In this document: positions 8,531 through 16,595 of the stretch, piece by piece
How positions within the stretch are numbered: position 1 is the stretch's first letter
Layout: each line of letters begins with the position of its first letter
DNA from: Candidatus Cloacimonadota bacterium
GTDB taxonomy: Bacteria; Hydrothermota; E44-bin80
NCBI GenBank assembly: GCA_030633565.1
Contig: DAOVSH010000002.1
Span: 1-45,914 of the forward strand
Length of the DNA: 45,914 nucleotides
Direction: 5' to 3'
Notes under the pieces: model-generated
Database searches by the model: none
Seen by the model: only the letters and a program-made list of their open reading frames with translations
What the model was told of the DNA's origin: nothing
Program-made: the position numbers and the translations under genes

Positions 8531-8638
8531 GCTATCTCTATTCCCCGAAGAAAAAAATAAAAATCAGTTATGGATGAACTAATTATTAAAATTAGACATA
8601 TAACCTAAGATATAAAATAGAAGCATTGAAATTTTGCT

Positions 8639-9724
8639 ATGATGAATAACGAGTTTTATATGAAGAAGGCAATTCAGCTGGCGAGAAGAGGAAAAGGGAG
8701 AGTTAGTCCCAATCCCCTTGTTGGAGCAATAATTGTAAAGAATGGAAAGATTATCGGTGACGGTTACCACAAAAAAGCAGGCACAGAACACGCAGAGATA
8801 GTTGCCATAAAGAAAGCGGGTAAAAAAGCAAAAGATTCAACAATGTATGTAAACCTTGAACCATGCTGTCACTATGGCAAAACCCCACCCTGTACAGAAA
8901 CTATCATAGGAGCAGGAATTAAAGAGGTTTTTATCGGAACAAAAGATCCAAATCCTCTTGTATCAGGAAATGGAATTAAGAAACTGGAGAAGAAGGGTAT
9001 TAAAGTTAACATAGGAACCCTTGAAAATGAAGCACGGAAATTAAACGAATTCTACTTTACATATATGAAAAAGAAAAGACCCTTTATTATACTTAAGATT
9101 GCACAGACCATAGACGGTAATATTGCAGATTTATCTGGAAATAGTAAATGGATAACAAATGAATCAGCAAGAAAAAAGGTGCATTCTTTGAGATATGAAG
9201 TGGATGCAATCCTCACCGGAATAGGAACTGTAAAGAAAGATAACCCCCAACTCACAGCAAGGCTTTTAAAAAACACAAAAACCCCTTTACGGATAGTTCT
9301 TGATTCAAATCTGAGAATTCCACACAATTCAGAGATTGTAAAAGAAGGTACAATTATTGCTACTCTCCCAAAGAGTAGCATGAAAAAGAAAAAAAACCTG
9401 ATAAGTAAGGGCATCAGGATATGGGAAATTCAAGGGAAAGATAATAGAATCGATCTTTCTAAAGTATTAAAACGAGCCTATGAAGAAAAAATAATAAGTA
9501 TCCTCGTTGAAGCTGGGAAAAAGGTTTCCTCATCCTTTTTAAAAGAGAATCTTATAGACAAAATTTACATCTTTATCTCTAATAAGATACTCGGGAAAGG
9601 TTTACATTCTTTTGGAAACTTAGGTTTTGATCATTTAGAGGATTCACTAATAATCGATAATGTTGTTTTCGAACGCCTTAAGGAAAATTTTTTAATTAAA
9701 GGTTATGTTTACAGGAATTATTGA
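8639..9724 (+). CDS. ribD: Bifunctional diaminohydroxyphosphoribosylaminopyrimidine deaminase / 5-amino-6-(5-phosphoribosylamino)uracil reductase
   Basis: 361 aa. Deaminase zinc motifs HAEIVAI and PCCHYGKTPPC, followed by a C-terminal reductase domain. Confidence 0.92.
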   Translation: MMNNEFYMKKAIQLARRGKGRVSPNPLVGAIIVKNGKIIGDGYHKKAGTEHAEIVAIKKAGKKAKDSTMYVNLEPCCHYGKTPPCTETIIGAGIKEVFIGTKDPNPLVSGNGIKKLEKKGIKVNIGTLENEARKLNEFYFTYMKKKRPFIILKIAQTIDGNIADLSGNSKWITNESARKKVHSLRYEVDAILTGIGTVKKDNPQLTARLLKNTKTPLRIVLDSNLRIPHNSEIVKEGTIIATLPKSSMKKKKNLISKGIRIWEIQGKDNRIDLSKVLKRAYEEKIISILVEAGKKVSSSFLKENLIDKIYIFISNKILGKGLHSFGNLGFDHLEDSLIIDNVVFERLKENFLIKGYVYRNY

Positions 9725-10301
9725 AAACTTAGGTATAGTAAAGGATATAAGAAGAAAACTGAATGGTATGAGCCTTTCGGTAGAGGTAAAACAATCGAGC
9801 AATGCATTTAAGATAGGCGGGAGCGTTGCAGTAAACGGAATATGCCTGACAATTACAAATTCCCTCGATGATACATTTACCGTTGACGTTGTCACCGATA
9901 CGCTCAACAGAACAAATCTCTCTCTGTTAAGGAAAAATGATAGTGTTAACATTGAATTCCCCCTTAAAGTTGGTGATAGATTGGAGGGACATATACTGGA
10001 AGGGCATACTGATGGTACAGGGAAAATCATTTCTATCATAAAAAGAGGAACTCAAACAACTATAAAAGTTAGAATTCTACATGAACTAATTAAGTATATC
10101 ATCAAGAATGGTTCTATTGGTATTGACGGCGTAAGCCTTACTGTAAAGGATATAAGAGGAAGTATAGCAAGTGTTACATTAATACCCTTTACAGTTGAGA
10201 ATACGAATTTTATCTTTAGAAATGTAGGAGATGTTGTTAATATTGAAGTAGATAGAATAGGAAAATATATAGAGAAATATCTAAAGAAAAATTTTTTATA
10301 A
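9705..10301 (+). CDS. ribE: Riboflavin synthase (alpha chain)
   Basis: 198 aa with the canonical MFTGIIE N-terminus and two lumazine-binding repeats. 20-nt overlap with ribD. Confidence 0.92.
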   Translation: MFTGIIENLGIVKDIRRKLNGMSLSVEVKQSSNAFKIGGSVAVNGICLTITNSLDDTFTVDVVTDTLNRTNLSLLRKNDSVNIEFPLKVGDRLEGHILEGHTDGTGKIISIIKRGTQTTIKVRILHELIKYIIKNGSIGIDGVSLTVKDIRGSIASVTLIPFTVENTNFIFRNVGDVVNIEVDRIGKYIEKYLKKNFL

Positions 10302-10336
10302 AATCAATACAATCAAAATAATATTAGGAGAATATT

Positions 10337-11533
10337 ATGAAAACAATTGAAGAAGCAATAGATGGGATCAAAAAAGGGGAAATTGTTATCATTGTGGATG
10401 ATGAAGACAGGGAGAATGAAGGTGATTTTATTATGGCAGCAGAGAAGGTAACTCCCGAGGCAATTAATTTCATGACAAAACATGGACGTGGTTTGGTTTG
10501 CCTTGCAATGGAAGGGAAGAGACTTGACGAACTACAGATTCCCAGTATGGTGGAGAGAAACACTGCAAAGATGAATACAGCCTTCTCTGTCTCCATCGAT
10601 GCTGTAGATGGTACAACCACAGGTATAAGTGCACACGATAGGGCACAGACCATCCTGACAGCAATAGATAAAAAGACAAAGCCTGAAGACCTTGCAAGAC
10701 CAGGACACATCTTTCCTCTCAGGGCAATGCCAGGAGGAATTCTCAAACGTGCAGGTCACACTGAAGCTGTCATTGATCTTACGCGGCTTGCAGGTCTGTT
10801 TCAAGCTGGGGTGCTCTGTGAAATAATGGACGATGATGGCAGTATGGCAAGGTTACCAAGGTTAAAGGAAATTACTAAGCAGTTTAATCTTAAATTGATT
10901 ACAATTGCTTCACTTATCGAGTACAGAAAAAGGAAAGAGAAATTCGTTGTCCGGGAAGCGGAAGCAGAATTACCATCAAAGCATGGAGATTTTAAAGTAA
11001 TTGCTTACAGGGACCTTATCTCTGATATTGTCCATATTGCTCTTGTGAAAGGAGAGGTAAAGGGTAAAAAGGATATTCTCGTGAGAGTGCACTCAGAGTG
11101 CCTTACCGGTGATGTCTTTGGTTCAAAGAGATGTGATTGCGGTGAGCAGGTTCATTCTGCTCTTAAAATAATAGAAGAGGAAGGAGAAGGAGTTTTCCTC
11201 TATATGAAACAGGAAGGAAGAGGTATTGGTCTTCTTAACAAAATAAAAGCGTACAGGTTACAGGAAAAAGGGTTTGACACAGTAGAAGCGAACGAAGAAC
11301 TCGGATTTCCACCAGATCTAAGGGACTATGGAATAGGTGCACAGATTCTTGTTGACCTTGGACTTTCAAGTATCCGTCTTCTAACAAACAATCCTAAAAA
11401 GGTTGTTGGACTTGAAGGTTATGGCCTTTATATAAAAGAACGTATTTCTATAGAAATATGTCCGAATAAACTAAATAAAGAATATCTCAAAACAAAAAAG
11501 ACGAAACTTGGACATCTTCTCGAAAGTGTTTAA
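10337..11533 (+). CDS. ribBA: Bifunctional 3,4-dihydroxy-2-butanone-4-phosphate synthase / GTP cyclohydrolase II
   Basis: 398 aa. The DHBP-synthase half carries DRENEGDF and GHTEA. The GCH-II half carries RCDCGEQ and [16 protein letters not shown] upstream. Confidence 0.93.
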   Translation: MKTIEEAIDGIKKGEIVIIVDDEDRENEGDFIMAAEKVTPEAINFMTKHGRGLVCLAMEGKRLDELQIPSMVERNTAKMNTAFSVSIDAVDGTTTGISAHDRAQTILTAIDKKTKPEDLARPGHIFPLRAMPGGILKRAGHTEAVIDLTRLAGLFQAGVLCEIMDDDGSMARLPRLKEITKQFNLKLITIASLIEYRKRKEKFVVREAEAELPSKHGDFKVIAYRDLISDIVHIALVKGEVKGKKDILVRVHSECLTGDVFGSKRCDCGEQVHSALKIIEEEGEGVFLYMKQEGRGIGLLNKIKAYRLQEKGFDTVEANEELGFPPDLRDYGIGAQILVDLGLSSIRLLTNNPKKVVGLEGYGLYIKERISIEICPNKLNKEYLKTKKTKLGHLLESV

Positions 11534-11552
11534 TATTAACAAAGGAGTTGTT

Positions 11553-12020
11553 ATGTTAAAGGTTACAGAAGGAAAATTGGATGCAAAAGGTTTAAGGTTC
11601 GGAATTGTCGTTTCTCGATTTAACAGGTTCATCACAGAAAGACTGCTTGAAGGAGCAATCGATTGTATTAAAAGACACAATGGTGATGTCAGAGACATAA
11701 GCATATTTTGGACTCCAGGCTCTTTTGATCTACCACTCGTCGCAAAAAAAATCGCCAGACCAAAGAAATTCGATGCACTGATATGCATTGGTGCAATTGT
11801 GAGGGGTGATACACCACATTTTGACTTTGTAGCACAGGAAGCATCGAAAGGGATTGCAAAAGTTTCTTTTGAAACAGGTATCCCGGCAACTTTTGGTATT
11901 ATAACAGCTGATAGTGTTGACCAGGCAGTTGAAAGAGCGGGTCTAAAAGCAGGTAATAAAGGCTGGGATGCTGCTCTATCAGCCATCGAGTTAGCAAATC
12001 TTTTGAAGAAAATAAAGTGA
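11553..12020 (+). CDS. ribH: 6,7-dimethyl-8-ribityllumazine synthase
   Basis: The track ORF starts at 11508. The ATG at 11553 (MLKVTEGKL...) has an AAAGGAG RBS at 11541-11547 and avoids overlap with ribBA. Lumazine-synthase blocks VSRFN and [17 protein letters not shown] are present. Confidence 0.9.
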   Translation: MLKVTEGKLDAKGLRFGIVVSRFNRFITERLLEGAIDCIKRHNGDVRDISIFWTPGSFDLPLVAKKIARPKKFDALICIGAIVRGDTPHFDFVAQEASKGIAKVSFETGIPATFGIITADSVDQAVERAGLKAGNKGWDAALSAIELANLLKKIK

Positions 12021-12059
12021 TGACTGACTTTGTTAAAAACTTAAAAGGCTAATAACATA

Positions 12060-12482
12060 ATGGGTAAACGAAGAAAAGCCAGAGAGATTGTTCTCAAGAC
12101 CCTCTACTATTATGAAATTTCAGGGGATGATAAAGAGTCACTGCTTCAAAATATAATAGAAAGGAAAGGCGTTAATAAGACAATCACGGATTATGCAATA
12201 AGACTTCTAAAAGAGACAATGAATAACCTTGAAATTATTGACAAAAAACTTGTTAAAATTATTAAAAATTGGGATTTACAAAGAGTTGCTATTATAGATA
12301 AAAGCATACTGCGATTGGCTGTAGCAGAGATTCTCTTCTTTTCCGATATTCCTGTAAAAGTCTCCATCGACGAGGCAGTAGAGATTGCAAAAGAATATTC
12401 CACAGAAAATTCTGGACGTTTTGTCAATGGCATACTCGATGAAATTGCACGGAGCGAAAACCTCATTAATATGAGTAAATAG
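12060..12482 (+). CDS. nusB: Transcription antitermination factor NusB
   Basis: 140 aa with a typical NusB sequence (AREIVLKTLYYYE, DRVAIIDKSILRLAVAEIL). The ribH-nusB linkage is classical. Confidence 0.88.
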   Translation: MGKRRKAREIVLKTLYYYEISGDDKESLLQNIIERKGVNKTITDYAIRLLKETMNNLEIIDKKLVKIIKNWDLQRVAIIDKSILRLAVAEILFFSDIPVKVSIDEAVEIAKEYSTENSGRFVNGILDEIARSENLINMSK

Positions 12483-12503
12483 GAGGAAAATAAGGGAAAC
12501 CAA

Positions 12504-13232
12504 ATGAGAATTGGAATTTTATCTGATATACATAGTAATCTCGAAGCACTCAATGCCGTTATTGAGTCTGCAAAGGAACAAAATGTTGACGAGTACATCT
12601 GCCTTGGGGATATCGTAGGATACGGTGCAAATCCAAAAGAATGCATTGATATAATAAAAGGTCTTACTACCAAAATTGTCGCAGGTAATCATGACTACGG
12701 TGTTTGTGGTCTTACTAATATCTCATATTTCAACGATGTTGCTAAAAAAGCAATCGAATGGACCAAAGAAACTATTACACAGGATTATATTGATTTTCTG
12801 AAATCACTTCCTTTAGTTCTGGAGTACAAAGAAGGTCTTTTCGTTCATTCTACACCGTCCTCCCCGGATTCATGGAATTATATCTTGAGTATGTACGATG
12901 CAAAAAGAGAATTTAAATTTTTTGATCAAAATTTTTGTTTTATAGGACACTCCCACCAGCCAGTCACCTTTTCAATCAACTCTGAAGAAGAGATCGGCGT
13001 ATCTATTGATGATACCTTAATTTGCGTTGATAGTAAACGGTACATAGCAAATTCTGGTAGTGTTGGTCAACCCCGTGATGGCAATCCAAAAGCATCCTAT
13101 CTTATTTATGATATTGAGAAAAAGATCATTTCCTTCTCAAGGGTACTGTATGACATTAGAAAATGTCAGACCAAAATCCTTAATGCAGGACTTCCACCAT
13201 TTCTTGCACAAAGGTTAGAGATTGGAAGATGA
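12504..13232 (+). CDS. Metallophosphoesterase (calcineurin-like) family protein
   Basis: 242 aa with DIHSN, GDIVGYG, GNHD and GHSH metal-binding motifs. AGGAGG RBS upstream. Confidence 0.85.
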   Translation: MRIGILSDIHSNLEALNAVIESAKEQNVDEYICLGDIVGYGANPKECIDIIKGLTTKIVAGNHDYGVCGLTNISYFNDVAKKAIEWTKETITQDYIDFLKSLPLVLEYKEGLFVHSTPSSPDSWNYILSMYDAKREFKFFDQNFCFIGHSHQPVTFSINSEEEIGVSIDDTLICVDSKRYIANSGSVGQPRDGNPKASYLIYDIEKKIISFSRVLYDIRKCQTKILNAGLPPFLAQRLEIGR

Positions 13233-13948
13233 TGATAACTTGTCCACAATGCGGTGCGGATATTACAATTCAACCAAGAAGTCTCCAACTCGTATGCCCA
13301 TTCTGTGAAGCACCCCTTATATTAAAAAAAGAACCGTTACTTGAATCCTACAAACTCGAACCAACATGTGAAGAAACCCCGGCAACTTTGATTGCAGAAC
13401 AGCATCTTGTAGAAAAAGGCAGAGAGGAAAAAATCGTAAAAAGAGAACTACACTATCTTCCGTTTTATAGATTTTTATCCGAAAAGAACGGAAAATTCGT
13501 TGAGAACGTCTTTTCTGCTCTTAGTTCTCCTCCGTTTTTCCTCTTTTCCATTCCATCCGGTTCAATTGTCACATTAAAAGAGAACGATAAAGATCTTCTA
13601 ATGAAACCTGAAAAGAGCATTTCAGAAATCCTTGAATCAATGAAGAAACAAAAAACGTTATGCCTTGATGAAATGCTTCTTTTACATATCCCATTCTGGA
13701 AGATTACAATCTCATCTGACGAAATAATATGGATTGATGCCGTTCAGGGAAAAATTCACTCCTCAACTGTTCTCGAAAAACAAAAAAGAACAGGAAGATT
13801 CCTGAAAATTACATTAACAACCCTTTTAGCTTTATTATTAATTGAAGGAATATCAGTACCTCAAGTTGCTTTACGATTACTTCTCCAGTTTGTAACTGCA
13901 GGGTTCTTTCTTTTCTTTATAAGGAAATATTTCAGCGATGAGTATTAG
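13229..13948 (+). CDS. Zinc-ribbon protein with C-terminal membrane anchor; uncharacterised (paralogue 1)
   Basis: 239 aa. N-terminal CPQCGA-x12-CPFC ribbon, PFY/PFW strand motifs, and a hydrophobic C-terminus (LLALLLIEGI...AGFFLFFI). ATGA overlap with the phosphoesterase gene. Confidence 0.7.
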   Translation: MMITCPQCGADITIQPRSLQLVCPFCEAPLILKKEPLLESYKLEPTCEETPATLIAEQHLVEKGREEKIVKRELHYLPFYRFLSEKNGKFVENVFSALSSPPFFLFSIPSGSIVTLKENDKDLLMKPEKSISEILESMKKQKTLCLDEMLLLHIPFWKITISSDEIIWIDAVQGKIHSSTVLEKQKRTGRFLKITLTTLLALLLIEGISVPQVALRLLLQFVTAGFFLFFIRKYFSDEY

Positions 13949-14891
13949 AGTCATTTCCTATCTCTGCCCAAAATGCGGGGCTGGAGTAAAGTTTTCTGAG
14001 GAAGATAGAGTTATAAAATGTTTTCACTGCGGGACGAATTTTCTCCCGACCCACTCAGAGGGGATCGAAAGATACTATTTCAAACCACAGATAAAGAATC
14101 CTCAAAGGAAAATAGAAAGTTTACTGAGAAAAAATGGTTTTAATAAATCGGATTACAGAATCATTGACATTGATAAATTATTCATTCCCGTATGGAGGGG
14201 AAGTGGGCAGGTGACAGGCTGGATTGCAGGATTATCACCCATAAAGATAATTGTTTATACTGAAACAATTACAGTACCAAATGGACGACAGATCACGGTA
14301 AAAAGAAGAAGAAGAGAAGGTGGAATTCCCTTAAAAAAATTAATGAGAATTGAAAAAGAAATTCTATTTAATGCAGTAAAATTTCAAGATATCAGATGGC
14401 GTAACGAAGAAGTTCTAAATGCTGATTATGAAAAATTATTCAGGGTTTATGACGAGAAAAAAATGGTAATATGGGGAAAGATAATAACCCCTGATGTCTC
14501 ACCACAAACTAAAAAAAAAGAGATAAATTCAAAATTCATTAATTCATCTGTGTCACTATATAACGGTTACGATCCACTACGGCACAGATTAAAAGTTATT
14601 GGACAACGAATTTTCCTCTACTATTTTCCTGTCATACTCATCAAGGTAAAATTACAAAAGAAGATAGTTTCCCTCACGGTAAATGGGCTTTCCGGCAAAA
14701 TTACTTCAAATACCCTGTTGAAAAAAGGAAATGCTCCGAAAAGAAAAAAGTCACTATTATTGGACATATTAACCATTCTCACTTCATCTATTTTATTTAC
14801 GTTCCTTATACATACGAACAGTCTCTTTTTAAAACAATTAGGATTTGTTATTTCAATCATCATCATTGTCTATATCTGGATTAAAAAATGA
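13938..14891 (+). CDS. Zinc-ribbon protein with C-terminal membrane anchor; uncharacterised (paralogue 2)
   Basis: 317 aa. CPKCGA-x12-CFHC ribbon, an IPVW motif, and two C-terminal hydrophobic segments. 11-nt overlap with the previous gene. Confidence 0.7.
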   Translation: MSIRVISYLCPKCGAGVKFSEEDRVIKCFHCGTNFLPTHSEGIERYYFKPQIKNPQRKIESLLRKNGFNKSDYRIIDIDKLFIPVWRGSGQVTGWIAGLSPIKIIVYTETITVPNGRQITVKRRRREGGIPLKKLMRIEKEILFNAVKFQDIRWRNEEVLNADYEKLFRVYDEKKMVIWGKIITPDVSPQTKKKEINSKFINSSVSLYNGYDPLRHRLKVIGQRIFLYYFPVILIKVKLQKKIVSLTVNGLSGKITSNTLLKKGNAPKRKKSLLLDILTILTSSILFTFLIHTNSLFLKQLGFVISIIIIVYIWIKK

Positions 14892-15610
14892 AAATATTCA
14901 ACCTTCTTCCACTACAGTGTATTCATTGCGGTGCACCTATCTCATCAGGATGTTCTGATATGGTTTATTTCTGTCAAAATTGCGGTTCAGGATTAGAATT
15001 TAACGGAAAAAATTTTGAGTTAGTTGAAGTCTCCTATGCAAGTCCTCTCTTAGAAAAAGAGACAGAGCCTGAACTTTTTCTCCCATTTTGGTCATTTCAT
15101 CTTGATATTTCTATTAAAGGAAAAGAGGCATATCTTCCCCTCCTTTTTAGAGAAAATTTTCTCAGAACAGAAGATAGACTTTTCACAGATGAAACTTTCA
15201 TAGAGGAAATACTAAAAAAATGGAAAAATAAGGAAATTAAAGGAGAAAGTGATTTTATAATATATGTCCCTTCTTTCCCTACAACAGGAGCTTATGCATA
15301 CTCTTCAGGACTCGGGAATAAATTTACCAAAGCACAACCCCATCTCAGTTTCTATGAAAAAAATAAAAGGATGGAATCCTGTATCTACAATTCAAAAGAT
15401 GCTCTTGCAATTGCTGAAGATGAATATATCTCTCTTCAATCTGCGGTAATCCCTAATCTTCTCGCACTTGACCTCTCGTTTAATTTGAAGGATAAAAAAG
15501 TTATAGGTATTCCATATATTAGAAAGGAAAAAGGGATTTTCCTTAACCAAATAATCGGTGAAATAATTCTATCAAGCGCACTGAAAAAGACAGTAGGCAG
15601 TATGGAGTAA
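14888..15610 (+). CDS. Zinc-ribbon protein, soluble; uncharacterised (paralogue 3)
   Basis: 240 aa. CIHCGA-x12-CQNC ribbon and an LFLPFWSF motif, with no TM segment. ATGA overlap with the previous gene. Confidence 0.7.
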   Translation: MKIFNLLPLQCIHCGAPISSGCSDMVYFCQNCGSGLEFNGKNFELVEVSYASPLLEKETEPELFLPFWSFHLDISIKGKEAYLPLLFRENFLRTEDRLFTDETFIEEILKKWKNKEIKGESDFIIYVPSFPTTGAYAYSSGLGNKFTKAQPHLSFYEKNKRMESCIYNSKDALAIAEDEYISLQSAVIPNLLALDLSFNLKDKKVIGIPYIRKEKGIFLNQIIGEIILSSALKKTVGSME

Positions 15611-15624
15611 GGAGTAGGAAGCAG
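15604..15624 (+). repeat. Short GGAGTAA/GGAGTAG heptamer array overlapping the stop codon of the upstream gene
   Basis: GGAGTAA GGAGTAG GAAGCAG. The same heptamer is expanded at 28828-28873 (minus strand). Confidence 0.6.
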
Positions 15625-15657
15625 AGGAATAAACAAATGTGCAAACAAAAAATCTGT

Positions 15658-15768
15658 GCAATTATTGTTGCAGGCGGGAAAGGTAGAAGAATGGGAGGTA
15701 AGATACCAAAACAATTTATAAAAATCGATACCATCCCCATAATTATCAAAACGCTTCTTCCCTTTGAG
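15658..15768 (+). repeat. 111-bp direct repeat, copy 1 (ispD codons ~8-44)
   Basis: Identical to 15920-16030 except for one synonymous A/G difference (15687 vs 15949). The offset is exactly 262 nt. Confidence 0.9.
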
Positions 15769-15775
15769 GATGTAA

Positions 15776-15799
15776 GTAGCGTTGGGGCTTGTCCCCAAC
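15776..15799 (+). repeat. REP-like element core GTAGCGTTGGGGCTTGTCCCCAAC (copy A)
   Basis: A GTAG tetranucleotide followed by a 7-bp-stem hairpin (GTTGGGG/CCCCAAC). An identical 24-mer occurs on the minus strand at 24864-24887 and 28695-28718. Confidence 0.8.
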
Positions 15800-15898
15800 A
15801 GACAGAAACGGAGAATGGGTGAAACTGAGTGCGAAACAAGTTTCGCTACTCCAGAAAAAAGGACAGAATGTATAATTTCTTAAGCGTGAAATAAAATA

Positions 15899-16585
15899 AT
15901 GGCTAAGCAAGTTATTTCTGCAATTATTGTTGCAGGCGGGAAAGGTAGGAGAATGGGAGGTAAGATACCAAAACAATTTATAAAAATCGATACCATCCCC
16001 ATAATTATCAAAACGCTTCTTCCCTTTGAGAAATTGAAGGTGATTAACAACATTATCCTCATCCTTCCCAAAAAATGGAAACAGAAAGGCTTTAATTTAC
16101 TCAGAAAGTATCATATTAATAAGGTTATTGAAATAGCAGATGCTGGAAGAACCAGGCAGGTATCAGTCTATAATGGATTGGTTTCGCTTAGAAAATACAA
16201 TCCTGACATCGTTGTTATACACGATGTAGCACGTCCTTTTGTCACTGAAAAGTTAATTAAGGCTTCATGTGAAGGTGCTAAAAAACACGGTGCAACCAGT
16301 ACAGCAATTACTATTCGGGATACAATAGTTGAAAAAAGAAAAATGAAACTTCTCGACAGAAAAAATGTCGTACGGTTACAGACACCACAAGCATTCAGGT
16401 TTCCCTTGATACTGGATGCACACTTACATGCAAAAAAAAGAAAAAAATGTGATTATCCGGACGACTCAAGTCTTCTACTATCTTTTGGGGGAAAAACCTT
16501 TCTTATTGATGGAGACAAAAGAAATATAAAAATTACTGACAAAGAAGACCTTCAGCTTGCACATGCAATTGCAAAAACACTCTAA
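15899..16585 (+). CDS. ispD: 2-C-methyl-D-erythritol 4-phosphate cytidylyltransferase
   Basis: 228 aa with the IIVAGGKGRRMG nucleotide-binding motif and typical IspD length and layout. Confidence 0.88.
   Translation: MAKQVISAIIVAGGKGRRMGGKIPKQFIKIDTIPIIIKTLLPFEKLKVINNIILILPKKWKQKGFNLLRKYHINKVIEIADAGRTRQVSVYNGLVSLRKYNPDIVVIHDVARPFVTEKLIKASCEGAKKHGATSTAITIRDTIVEKRKMKLLDRKNVVRLQTPQAFRFPLILDAHLHAKKRKKCDYPDDSSLLLSFGGKTFLIDGDKRNIKITDKEDLQLAHAIAKTL
15920..16030 (+). repeat. 111-bp direct repeat, copy 2 (inside intact ispD)
   Basis: See copy 1 at 15658-15768. Confidence 0.9.
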
Positions 16586-16595
16586 AGAAAGTTTA

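Larger units (their letters stand above)
15637..15822 (+). pseudogene. Truncated duplicate of the ispD 5' end (first ~44 codons), reading into the repeat element
   Basis: MCKQKICAIIVAGGKGRRMGGKIPKQFIKIDTIPIIIKTLLPFE matches the N-terminus of the full ispD at 15899. The frame then diverges into the GTAG-hairpin element and stops at 15820-15822. Confidence 0.65.

Noticed and set aside
8570-8608. A 12-codon uORF (MDELIIKIRHIT) between the FMN riboswitch and ribD
   Set aside because: It has no RBS and no recognisable leader-peptide logic. It is most likely a chance ORF in AT-rich DNA.
11508-11552. A 15-codon N-terminal extension of ribH in the ORF track
   Set aside because: It overlaps the ribBA 3' end and has no RBS. 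The ATG at 11553 has an AAAGGAG RBS and gives the canonical lumazine synthase N-terminus.
15658-16030. The 111-bp repeat pair as the template/variable repeats of a diversity-generating retroelement
   Set aside because: No reverse transcriptase is nearby. The two copies differ at only one synonymous A/G site, not by adenine-specific hypermutation. The target is a housekeeping enzyme N-terminus.
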